Positions 40,755 to 52,433 of a stretch of DNA of 62,000 nucleotides are shown one piece after another (position 1 is the stretch's first letter; the number at the start of each line of letters is the position of its first letter). The DNA lies in NCBI RefSeq assembly GCF_004010195.1, contig NC_057750.1, positions 7,384,530 to 7,446,529 of the forward strand, read 5' to 3'. The stretch is from Chiloscyllium plagiosum. Lineage: Eukaryota. The translations under genes and the position numbers were made by a program. The notes beneath the pieces are model-generated. The model had not been told where the DNA came from, did not search any database, and saw only the letters and a list, made by a program, of their open reading frames with translations.

Positions 40755-41371
40755 ACGTGGAGGGGGCAGGACTGGCGGAAAACAGAGAGAGTTGGGCACA
40801 AAGGGAAGTGGAAGGGGTGAGGCAAATTAAAGAGGTGGGGAACTGGAAAGGTAGGGGGGGAGGAAGAAAGTGAGAGAAAGACGGGAGAGGAGAAAAGAAT
40901 GAAGAGAGGATTGAAACAGGCGTGAAGGAGAGTGAGGAATGATATGAGAGAGAGAGAGGGAGTGTGAAAGGATGAGATGGAGACAGTGTCTGACATACCA
41001 AACACAAAGGCCAGTGTAATAATTTTGTCCAATTAAACCTCAATATAAATATTTAAAATGGATGAAACTAACCTAGCCTCAAAGACAGCTTCCAGATGAA
41101 GGAAGGATTGACCCCAGCCCTGTAAACATTCTCAAATAATTGTACTTTCCAAAGAATTATACAAACTATCGTGGGTGACTTAAAGTTCAGAATTGTTTTG
41201 TGGTAACCTAAGAACCACAGTGTCAAAGGAATATCTGTCGGTGAATCGCTTGTACGGTGAAGACAAAAGCTGTCACTGTTCTTGGAGTTGGTCCTGACCA
41301 CGCCCAGGGTCAGGAGAGAACACTCAGAAAGTGGAAGAAATGTCACACTTATTAAAGCACAAAAATGGGAT

Positions 41372-42385
41372 CAGTGTAGAGGGAGCTTTACTCTGTATCT
41401 AACCCCGTGCTGGCCCTGTCCTGGGAGTGTTTGATGTGGACAGTGTAGAGGGAGCTTTACTCTGTCTCTAACCCCGTGCTGGCCCTGTCCTGGGAGTGTT
41501 TGATGTGGACAGTGTAGAGGGAGCTTTACTCTGTATCTAACCCCGTGCTGGCCCTGTCCTGGGAGTGTTTGATGTGGACAGTGTAGAGGGAGCTTTACTC
41601 TGTATCTAACCCCATGCTGGCCCTGTCCTGAGAGTGTTTGATGGGGACAGTGTAGAGGGAGCTTTACTCTGTATCTAACCCTGTGCTGTCCCTGTCCTGG
41701 GAGTGTTTGATGTGGACAGTGTAGAGGGAGCTTACCTCTGTATCTAACCCCGTGCTGGCCCTGTCCTGGGAGTGTTTGAATGGGGATGGTGTAGAGGAAG
41801 CTTTACTCTGTATCTAACCCCGTGCTGGCCCTGTCCTGGGAGTGTTTGATGTGGACAGTGTAGAGGGAGCTTAACTCTGTATCTAACCCCGTGCTGGCCC
41901 TGTCCCTGGGAGTGTTTGATGGGGACAGTGTAGAGGGGCTTTATTCTGTTTCTAACCTGTGCTGTCCCTGTCCTGGGAGTGTTTGATGGGGACAGTGTAG
42001 AGGGAGATTTACTCTGCATCTAACCTTGTGCTGTCCCGTTTCTGGGAGTGTTTGATGGGGGACAGCATAGAGGGAGCTTTACTCCATATTTAACCCCGTG
42101 CTGGCCCTGTCCTGGGAGTGTTTAATGGGGACAGTGTAGAAGGAGATTTACTCTGTATCTAAACTCGTGCTGGCCCTGTCCTGGGAGTGTTTGATGGGGA
42201 CAGTGTAGATGGGCTTTACTCTGTGTCTAAGCTTGTGCTGTCCTATTCCTGGGAGTGTTTGATGGGGAACAGCATAGAGGGAGCTTTACTCTGTATCTAA
42301 CCCCGTGCTGTCCCTGTCCTGGGAGTGTTTGATGGGGACAGCATAGAGGGAGATTTACTCTGTATCTAACCCCGTGCTGTCCCAG
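41372..42385 (+). repeat. 69 bp minisatellite, about 14-15 copies
   Basis: Unit cagtgtagagggagctttactctgtatctaaccccgtgctgkccctgtcctgggagtgtttgatgkgga; starts at 41372, 41441, 41510. Confidence 0.97.
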
Positions 42386-43541
42386 TCAACTCCTCTATTT
42401 CATGTGTCCTGCAGGTGGGACAGGCCAATACCCAGGGATGGTGATGCATTGCAAAGTATGATTCCATGAGGATGACTGTTGCTTGACCAGTCTGTCAGAC
42501 AGCTGTCGCAATCCTACCTGCTGTTAGTCAGGAGGACATTGCAGGGTCAACACAGCTGAGCTTGCTGGTGCCTGGGTTAATCCATGCGTTACCTCTTGAG
42601 TCTTTTTACCAGCTTGATACAACTGAATGTCTCCCTTGGCCATTTCAGAGGGCAGTTAAAAGTCAACCTGGTTGCTGTGGGTCTGGAGTCACGTGTAGGC
42701 CAGACCAGGTAAGGACGGTAGATTTCCCCTTCTCTGAGTGAGCTTTGGAACAAACAGTGCAATCATTTGACTTTTAATTCTAGATATTTGTATTCAGATT
42801 TCACACGTTGTTATACTGGGATTCAGTAAATAGGAGCAGGAGTAGGCCATTCGGTCCTTCAGCACACAAAACAACACTTTTCACTGTCTCTCGGTACACG
42901 TGACAACAATAAATCATATCAATAAATTAATAAACTGGGGTTTCTGGATTACCAGTCCAACAGTGAACCTTCCAAACCATCACCTCCCTGTCTCAATGGA
43001 TGGATTCTATTTCTCATGTGCTCTGAAGATGGCTTCTATATTTCCAACAATTTTATTCCTCTGCCACAGTTTGGCCACCCAGTGTCCAGTAACCCTCCAG
43101 TTCCCCGTGCTGTACACCTCTATGGCCTTTCCTCAGGGCGGTAGAGTCCAAAACTAGAGGTTTAAGGTGAGAGGGAACTGATATAAAAGGGATCTAAGGG
43201 ACAACTTTTTCACACAGAGGGTGGTGCGTGTATGATTGAGCTGCCAGAGGTAGTGGTGGAGGCCACTACAGTTACAACATTTAAAAGGCATCTGGATGAA
43301 TAAGAAGGGTTTGGAGGGATATGGGCCAAACAGGACTCGATTAATTTAGGATATCTGGTCAGCATGGACAAGTTGGACCGAAGGGTTTGTTTCTGTACTG
43401 TACATCTCTGACTCTAATGGACAACAGTTTTATGGTCACCATTAGACCCTTAATGCCAGATTTTTATTGGATTCAAGTTGCACTATCTACTGTGTGATGG
43501 GACTCAAAACTGTGTCCCCAGACCTGGGTCTCTGGATTAAT

Positions 43542-43684
43542 AGGAGACTATGAGGTCTGCAGATGCTGGAGATCAGAGTTGAGAGTGTGTTGCTGGAAAA
43601 GCACAGCAGGTCAGGCAGCATCCGAGGAGCAGGAGAACCGACGTTTTGGGCCGGAGCCCTTCATCAGGAATGAGACTCTCTGGA
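43542..43684 (-). mobile_element. Short PLE terminal-repeat insertion within a SINE
   Basis: TSD tctctggattaat at 43529-43541 and 43685-43697; hammerhead with GAAA changed to AAAA. Confidence 0.8.
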
Positions 43685-43850
43685 TCTCTGGATTAATCGT
43701 CGAGCTATCATACCACCAGGCCATCACCCTCCCATAAGCCTGGACCCACCTGAGAAAGGAGAAAGTGAGGTCTGCAGATGCTGGAGATCAAAGTTGAAAC
43801 TTTATTGCTGGAACAGCACAGCAGGTCAGGCAGCATCCAGGGAACAGGAG

Positions 43851-43886
43851 ATTCGACGTTTCGGGCACAGGCCCTTCTTCAGGAAT
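43851..43886 (-). ncRNA. Minimal type-I hammerhead ribozyme motif (PLE family A)
   Basis: ATTC-CTGAAGA-A-GGGC-CTGT-GCCC-GAAA-CG-TC-GAAT: 4 bp stem I, full core, 4 bp stem II, palindromic ACGT in place of stem III, GUC triplet. Confidence 0.85.
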
Positions 43887-44047
43887 GAGCAGAGAGTGTT
43901 CAGCAGGAGAAGATAAAAGGTAGGGAGGAGGGACTTGGAGGAGGGGAGTTGGAAATGTGATAGGTGGAAAGAGGTCAAGGTGAGGGTGATAGGTCGGAGT
44001 AGGACGGAGGCGGAGAGGTCAAGAAGAAGACTACAGGTCAGGAAGGC

Positions 44048-44276
44048 NNNNNNNNNNNNNNNNNNNNNNNNNNNNNNNNNNNNNNNNNNNNNNNNNNNNN
44101 NNNNNNNNNNNNNNNNNNNNNNNNNNNNNNNNNNNNNNNNNNNNNNNNNNNNNNNNNNNNNNNNNNNNNNNNNNNNNNNNNNNNNNNNNNNNNNNNNNNN
44201 NNNNNNNNNNNNNNNNNNNNNNNNNNNNNNNNNNNNNNNNNNNNNNNNNNNNNNNNNNNNNNNNNNNNNNNNNNNN
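44048..44276. other. Assembly gap (N run) inside the PLE
   Basis: 229 N. Confidence 1.
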
Positions 44277-45407
44277 CTGACGAGGGAGTCGCGGAGGGAG
44301 TGGTCTCTACGGACAGCTGATAGGGGAGGGGAGGGAAATATATTCTTGGTGCTGGGGTCTGTTTGGAGGTGGCGGAAGTGACGGCGGATGATGCGCTGTA
44401 CATGGAGATTGGTGGGGTGGTAGGTGAGGACCAGTGGGGTTCTGTCCTGGTGGCGGTTGGGGGGGCGGGGCTCAAGGGCGGGGGAGCGGGAAGTGGAGGA
44501 GATGCGGTGGAGGGCACCGTCGACCACGTCGGGGGGTAAATTGCGGTCCTTGAAGAAGGAGGCCATCTGTGTTGTACGTATTTTGAACTGGTCCTCCTGG
44601 GAGCAGATGCGGCGGAGACGAAGGAATTGGGAGAATGGGATGGCGTTTTTACAGGGGGCAGGATGGGAGGAGGTGTAGTCTAGGTAGCTGTGGGAGTCGG
44701 TTGGTTTGTAGTAGATGTCCGTGTTGATTCGGTCGCCTGAGATAGAAACAGAAAGGTCTAGGAAGGGGGGGGAGGAGTCCGAGACTGTCCAGGTGAATTT
44801 GAGGTCGGGGTGGAAGGTGTTAGTGTAGTGGATGAACTGTTCAACCTCCTCGTGGGAGCACGAGGTAGCGCCGATACAGTCATCAATGTAGCGAAGGAAG
44901 AGATGGGGGGTGGGGCCAGTGTATTTGCGGAAGATGGATTGTTCCACATACCCTATGAAGAGGCAGGCATAGCTGGGGCCCATGCGGGTGCCTATGGCTA
45001 CTCCTTTTGTTTGGAGAAAGTGGGAGGATTGGAAAGAAAAGTTGTTCAGGGTGAGGACCAGTTCGGTCAGTCGAAGGAGGGTGTCGGTGGAAGGGTACTG
45101 TGTGGTACGGCGGGAAAGGAAGAAGCGGAGTGCTTTGAGTCCTTCGTGATGGGGGATGGAGGTGTACAGGGACTGGATGTCCATGGTGAAGATGAGGCGT
45201 TGGGGACCGGGGAAGCGGAAATCCTGGAGGAGGTGGAGGGCGTGGGTGGTGTCACGAACGTAGGTGGGGAGTTCTTGGACTAATGGGGACAGGCTGACTG
45301 AATGGAGACGATCAAGAGGAGTTTAGATTTATCTTGAAAGGAAGAATGCCACAGGTTATGGGGCGAAAAGCACGAGGGAAGGAATTCTCTAGAGAGCCAG
45401 TACACAC

Positions 45408-45734
45408 CATGATAGGCAGATTGGTCTCTTTTCTTGTGCTGGTGCTGTGATTCTGTGATCTGGAGCTGTCGTGTTTGATGCTGTCTCCCGTTGAGGCACA
45501 TTCCCCTTTGCAAAGCCAAGATTTAAAATGAGTTGGCACATCCTTAATTAGCTCAATCTTTGTAGTCTGTGGCAGTGAATCGAGCACACTGGGGAGGACT
45601 GAGGCGTCGAATATAGTTCCGCAGCTGTGAGAGAAGAAGGAGTCCCAAGTGAGCTTCGTCATTGGCTCCAGTATCACAGAATATTCCAAACACAAAGCCA
45701 AAAGTATAGCTCTCCCAGTGATGGAAGGTATCGT
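45408..45734 (-). CDS. Candidate exon of an unidentified minus-strand gene
   Basis: Acceptor ttggttttattcttcag; open phase-0 frame TIPSITGRAILLALCLEYSVILEPMTKLTWDSFF...; weak donor ATG|gtgtgt; non-repetitive sequence. Confidence 0.4.
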
Positions 45735-48251
45735 CTGAAGAATAAAACCAACACACAGAATAGGGGAGCAGTTAAAGCAGAAGCACCTCAGCAACTCATC
45801 TTAAAAATCTTTATAACCTTCTGAATCAGAGTCCCTGTGATGGGCATTATCGCTGGATTGTTAATCCAGAGACTCAGGTAATGATCTGGCGACCTGGGTT
45901 CGAATCTCACCGCAGGAAGAGGTGGAATTTGAATTCAATAAAAATCTGGAATTCAGAATCTAACAATGGCCATGAATGGGCGGCACGGTGGCTCAGTGGT
46001 TAACACTGCAGCCCCACGGCACCAGGGTCCCAGGTTTGATTCCAGCCTCGGGTGACTGTCTGTGTGGAGTTTGCACATTGTGTCTGTGTGGAATTCCTCT
46101 GGGTGCTCCAGTTTCCTCCCACAGTCCAAAGATGTGCAGGTTAGGTGAATTGGCCATGCTAAATTGCCCATAGTGCTAGGTGCATTAGACAGAGGGAAAT
46201 GGGTCTGGGTGGGTTACTCTTCGGAGGGTCGGTGTGGACTGGTTGGGCCGAAGGGCCTGTTTCCACACTGTAGGGAATCTAATCGATTGTTGGAAACACC
46301 CATTTGGTTCCCTAATGCCTTTTAGGGAAAGAAACTGCCATCCTTACCTGGTCTGGGCCTACATGTAACTCCAGACCCACAGCGATGTGGTTGACTCTTA
46401 ACTCATCCCTGTGGGCAATTAGGGATAGGGCAATAAAGGCTGGCCCAGCCAGAGACACCTTCATCTTGTGAATGAATAATAATGATGGCCATTCAGCCTC
46501 TCAAGTCCCATCATTCCACTGGCTTGAGACTGATCTGATCAGGGCCTTAATGCCACGTTCCCAATTACTCTTGGCTCCTCGATGAATCAAAAATTAGTGT
46601 TGTATGCATCCCACAGGCCTCTGCTTTCTGAGGTAGAGAATTCCACAGATTGTAGAGGGAGAGGGGAAATGATAAGAGGGTCAGACTCCTGAGCCCCTGT
46701 TGAAAATCCAACAAGATGTCCCAGCATTGCTTCACCAGCCCAGGTTCTCTCTGCTACATTCCTCTGGGTCCATTTGCATATCCACAGTCTACTCCCAGCA
46801 CCTTTCTCCTGTTCCCCTCTCCCAACTCATCCGGTTGAATTAGCCAATCAGGTCTCACAGGTCCATTCCCTGATTGCCATGACCAAATACCCCCATTTCA
46901 CGCTCCATCATCGCTGCTCTAGGTTCATCCCTCTCTCATTCCATGCCACATCCCCAGCCCTTAAGAAACAGGAGCAGGAGTAGGCCATTCCGCCCATTGA
47001 GCCTGCCCCCCCCCCCCCATTCAACAGGATCATGGCTGATCCGACATTCCCCACGTTCACTTTCCTGCCCTTTCCCTTTGATTCCCCGACTGTTCCAGAA
47101 TCAATCTCAGCCTTAAATATACACAAGGACTCTGTCCCCCACAGCTCTCTGTGGCAAGGGGTTCCAAAGACTCACAGCCCTCTGAGAGAAGAAATTCCTC
47201 CTCATCTCAATCACAAGTTGGTGCCTCTTCAGACTGTTCCTCCCCTCGTCCTGTAAACCACCATCATGTATGTTCATTAATGGAGACTGTGCTGTTGTGA
47301 TTTGATTTTATCGTTGTCCTGTATACCGAGATACAGTGAAAAGTATTGCTTTGCATGCTATCCAGCCAAATCCTACCTTACATAAGTACATGAGGGTAAT
47401 AAAACAGAATGCAGAATATAGTGTTACATCTACAGAGAAGATGCCAGTGAAAGATTAACTCTAATGTATGAGAGGTCCATTCATCAGCCTGATAACAGCG
47501 AGGAAGAAGCTGTTCTTGAATCTGTTGGAACGTGTTTTCAAATTTTTGTATCTTCTGCCCAATGGAAGAGGGTGGGAGAGAGTATAACCAGGTGGGAGGG
47601 GTCTATGATGATGTTGGCTGCCTTCCTGAGGCAGTGGGAAATGTAGATGGAGTCAGTAGATGGGAGGCTGGTGATAGACTGGGCTGTGTTCACATCCCTC
47701 TGCAGTTTCTTACGATCTTGGGCAGAGCAGTTGCCATACTCGTCGTGATGCATCCGGATAGGATGCTTTCTGTGGTACACCTGTGGTACAGCAATTGTAG
47801 ACATGCCAAATTTTCATAGCCTCCTGAGGAAGTAAGGCGGTGGTGTGCTTTCTTAACCTTGGCTTCGACGTGGATGGATCGGGACAGATTGTTGGTGATA
47901 TTTATGTGTCGGAACTTGAAGCTCTTGACCATCTCCACCTCAGCACCATTAATACAGACAGACCATCACTGGGCTAGTGATCCAGAGACCCAGGTTAATA
48001 TCCTGGAAATATCAGGACAAATCCTACAGGTACAATTTGTGACTAATACATATTGGTCTGACTTGCACTATATATTTCAAAGTGGAGCTCCAATCTGTCC
48101 ACTTTCAAATATGACGCTGTGTTTTTTCTCCTTGATAGAATCTGAGCTCAATTAATTAAATTGGAAGCTAGCCTCAGCAATGGTGACCATGACAAGTATC
48201 ATAAAGCAAAACAAAAATCTAGTTCACAAACGCACTTAGAGTCAAAGAGAG

Positions 48252-49620
48252 TTATAGAATCATCCAGCACAGAAACAGACCCTTCGGTCCAACCAGTCCA
48301 TGCCGACCATAATCCCAAACTAAATTAGTCCCACCTACTTGCACTTGGCTCATATCCTTCCAAACATTCCCTATTCATGAACTTATCCAAATATCTTTTC
48401 AATGGTGTAACGGAAGTTCATTCCACACACGAATCATTCTCTGTATAAAAAACTTGCCCCCATGTCCTTTTTAAATCTTTCTCCTCTCACCTTAAAAATA
48501 TGGCCCCTAGTTTTGAACTCCCCCACCCTAGGGATAAAGCCCTTGTCATTCACCCTATTCATGCCCCTCATGATTTGATAAACCTCAATAAGGTCACCCC
48601 TCAACATCCTACGTTCCAGTGAAAAAAGGTCCCACTCTATCCTGTCTATTTTTATGCCTCAAACCTTCCATTCCTGACAACATCCTGGTACCCTCTCTAT
48701 GTTTAATAATGTTAAAAATCACACATCACCAGGTTATAGTCCAACAGGTTTATTTGGAAGCACTAGCTTTTGGAGCGTTGCTCCTTTATCAGGTAATTGG
48801 GCGGCACAGTGGTTAGCACTGCTACCTCACAGCGCCAGAGACCTGGGTTCAATTCCCACCTCAGGTGACTCTCTGTGTGGAGTTTGCACATTGTCTGCGT
48901 GGGTGTGCTCCGGTTTCCTCCCACAGTCCAAAAATGTGCAGGTTAGGTGGATTGGCCATGCTGAATTGCCTGTAGTGTTAGGTGAAGGGGTAAATGTAGG
49001 GGAATGGGTCTGGGTGGGTTGTGTGTCGGTGTGGACTTGTTGGCCTGAAGGGCCTGTTTCCACACTGTAAGTAATCTAATCTAACTGTGGAGCAGGATCA
49101 TTAGACACAGAATTTATAGCAAAAGATCACAGTGTCATGCAATTAAATCATTCAATATATTGTTTTAATTGCATGACACTATGAGCTTTTGCTATGAATT
49201 CTGTGTCTTATGATCCTGCCCCACTCATTACCTGATGAAGGTGCAGTGCTCTGAAAGCTAGTGCTTCCAAATAAACCTGTTGGACTATAAACTGGGGTTG
49301 TGTGATTTTTAACTTTGTCCACCCCAGTCCAAGACCGGCACCTCCACATCATGTCTAATAACGCCCTTCCTATAACAGGGCGACCAGAACTGGACATAGT
49401 ATTCCAGATGGGGCCTCACCAATGTCATGTACAACCTCAACTTCTCATCTGAACCCCGACACTCAATAGTCTGAGCAATGAAGGCAAGCATGCCCAACGC
49501 CTTCCTAACCTCTCTGTCTACCTGCAGCACAGACTTCAAAGAATTATGTCCCTGAATCCCTAGGTCTCTCTATTATACAACATTACTCATGGTCCTACCA
49601 TCAATTGGATAAGTCTTATC
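48252..49620 (-). mobile_element. CR1 fragment interrupted by a fold-back PLE repeat (48705-49333), itself interrupted by an HE1-like SINE (48798-49084)
   Basis: CR1 peptides on both sides; inverted arms visible around 49150-49165. Confidence 0.8.
49229..49263 (+). ncRNA. Hammerhead-like motif (PLE family C)
   Basis: TAC-CTGATGA-A-GGTGC-AGT-GCTCT-GAAA-GC-TA-GTG; related copies on minus at ~48761-48795 and 50936-50970. Confidence 0.65.
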
Positions 49621-52174
49621 AGGCAAGGAAACCTGCTATGTTTACCCAGTCTAGCCTATGACTCCAGACCCACATGTTCCATGTGCACTCCCCTTCAAGG
49701 GCAATTAGAGATGCACTACAAATGCTGACCTTGCTGGCAAGGCCTGTATTCCATGAAAGAATTTGAAACGCTCAACATGGCTTCTCAAGCTTGGTCTCAT
49801 TTGCACAGCCCCACACTTCCAGTCTTGTCCACCTCTTCCCAAGTTTGATTTCCCTGAGCTCCCCCAGTTCCATTACCTGAATACCAAACCCTTAGACAAC
49901 AACAACTTGCTTTTACACAGCACCTTTAAAGTGGTGAATCATCCCAAGGTGCTTCCTGGGAGCACCATTGAGTACAATTTGACGGAGCTCCCTAATGAGA
50001 CAAAAACCCCAAAGAACAGCAGATGCTGGAAATCAGAAACAAAATCGGAAATTGTTGGAAGGAAAAAACTCAGCAGGTCTGGCAACATCTGTGGATGGAA
50101 GGCAGAATTAACACACCGCCCTGTTCCCTGCCCAACATCTCTGTCTCAGGCTTAATACAGTGCTCCAGCTTAGCACAAGTTGGAAGAACAGCATTTCATT
50201 TTCCACTGTGGAACCCGACAACCTTCAGGACTCAATATTGAATTCAATAACTTTTCGACCTGAGCAACTTCTCCCATGTCCTTATCCCAACCCCCACGTA
50301 TCAAGCCTTGATATCACATGGGCTGCTACCACAACACTACCCATCATCAGCCACTAATGGTCTTCATTTGCAGCTATTCATTCTCCCAGGCTGACCTTTA
50401 CTCACTCCTTTGTTTGCCCAACTGTTTTTTTCTCTCTCTCTGGGCTCTATCTCCACCTACTGTTTACTCCTTCCCCCGCCACAGCCATCTTCAACATGTG
50501 TACCAACCTTTCCCTAGATACATTCAATTCTGAGGAAAGGTGACTAGACCCAAAAACATTAACCATGCTTTCTCTCCACAGATGCTGGCAGACCTGCTGA
50601 GTTTTTCCGGCAATTTCAGATTTTGTGCCTTATGAGTCAATTGGTTTGGAAAGTATAGTCAAAGAAGTGAATTTTGCCCATTGCCTTGAAGGAGGTCAGA
50701 GAGGCATGGAGGTTTAGGGAGGGAATTGTTGAGCCTACGACCCAAGCTGCTGAAGGCACAAGCACCAATGAGTGCATGAGCAAAGGGCTAGAATTGGAGG
50801 AGCACGGAGACCCCAGAGAGTCATGGGATTGAAAGAGGTTAGACAGAGGGGGCAAGGGTAAGGAGAGATGTGTGAACAACGATGAAGTTGGATGTCACAT
50901 GACACCCAGTTCTATACTAACAGTTTATTTGAAATCACAAGCTTTCGGAGCGCTCCTCCTTTGTCAGGTGAAATATTGATCCTCTCCACTTTGAGCCGGC
51001 AGTTTGTAGCCATGATGTGGAGGTGCCAACGTTGAACTTGGGTGGACAAAGTCAGATGTCATAAGACACCAGGTTATAGTCCAACAGGTTTATTTGAATT
51101 CACAAGCTGCTCCCTTGTCAAGTGAATTCTATCAAAACAAAGATAAGCATTTTAAATAGATGGTCCATTCCCTCTTAACAATTAACTTCACCGGATTAGT
51201 GAGAGGGCTGTTGTGGTGCAGTGGTACTATCCCTACCTATGAGCCAGGAGACCCAAGTTCAAATCCCACCTGCTCCAGAGGTGTGAAATGGCATCTCTGA
51301 ACAGATTGATTAGAAAATTAACTCATCTGATTAGTTCAGTCGCAATTTCTGGAACTGCATCTGAAAGACAAATAAGTTTGGCCAACTTTGTCCAACAGCG
51401 CTCTCTGCTGCACAAGTGGAATTTCTGTCGGCAGACTTGATGGGTCACAACCCCTTTAAGGGACTTGCTGTGGGAACTAACCACTGGAGACATTTACCGA
51501 AACGTATTAAAACATAAGCAATGTTATTCATCATTTAGAAATGAAATCAACAATTCTCAATGACCTTTGTGACTGAAAGGGAAATAATAAAAATAGATAT
51601 CTTCATCCCCCCCCCTCCATTCAAGTGGATTAGCCTAAAGTTCAGCTTTAAAATTTCCCTTGAGGCTGCACCATTCCATTTTTATAGGGGGGAACAGATG
51701 GTGATAAGAATATACAGCAAATACATTTTGTGAACAGCTAAAATTACATTGTGAGCCCAACTTAACAATAATAATCATTAATATTATGAAACAGGTGTCG
51801 GATGTAGACGTTTTTCTTCGGTAAGAGAGATATAGGTCAGTTCGATGGAGGTGGACAAGTGAGGGAGCTGGAGATTGTTTCATTAGGAGCTGAGGGAGGG
51901 GGACGTTTGTGCTGAATCTAAATAAACGTTGTCAGAGGCTGGGAACGCCGTCCGCTGTATTTAAGAGAAGTTTATAAATAAAGAAAAATTTGTTCCGCGG
52001 TGTAGAGTTGGTTGTAAATGTTGATATTGTTGACATGGGGGTAAAGGCAAGACTTGAACTCCCCCCCCCAGTGTCCCACAGGGTGAGCGATGGTTCGGTC
52101 GGGTCAAAGGTCGGCACGTGGTTGCCCGGGGAGACGGGCCTGGTCCTCGCCGCCGCCGCCGCCTCGGCCACGGG

Positions 52175-52271
52175 ATGGAGCGGGAGCGCTGGGCCGTGTC
52201 CAGCAGCGAGGAGAGTGACATCGAGAGCCCTGACACACCGCCCCGAGGCCGGTGCCTGGAGCCGCTACCAG
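52175..52271 (+). CDS. POLR1G: POLR1G (CD3EAP/PAF49/RPA34) coding exon 1
   Basis: ATG in strong context (gggATGg) inside a CpG island; MERERWAVSSSEESDIES...EPLP; donor CAG|gtgagg, phase 1, compatible with exon 2. Confidence 0.75.
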
Positions 52272-52348
52272 GTGAGGAGCCCGACCCGAGCCCGAGGCCG
52301 AGCATTGCTCACCCGCCTCATGGAGGCACCGGGACCGGGGGGGACTGT

Positions 52349-52433
52349 TAATGGGGACGGACTGACACCCTCCCCGGGGGGGCTGGTAATGGGGACGGAC
52401 TGACACCCTCCCCGGGGGGGCTGGTAATGGGGA
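52349..52433 (+). repeat. ~38 bp G-rich tandem duplication at the start of POLR1G intron 1
   Basis: taatggggacggactgacaccctccccgggggggctgg repeated about 2.2 times. Confidence 0.85.

Larger units (their letters stand above)
43758..45292 (-). mobile_element. Young 5'-truncated Penelope-like retroelement (RT open; endonuclease region in gap)
   Basis: RT motifs DIQSLYTSI, GVAIGTRMGPSYA, RYIDD, FLDL, YYKPTD; no stops before the gap; terminal repeat with intact hammerhead. Confidence 0.93.

Noticed and set aside
39780..41043. Long ORFs of 220-339 aa
   Set aside because: Artefacts of translating through the N gap.
41372..42385. CRISPR-like regular array
   Set aside because: Contiguous 69 bp units with no unique spacers and no cas genes, in eukaryotic context.
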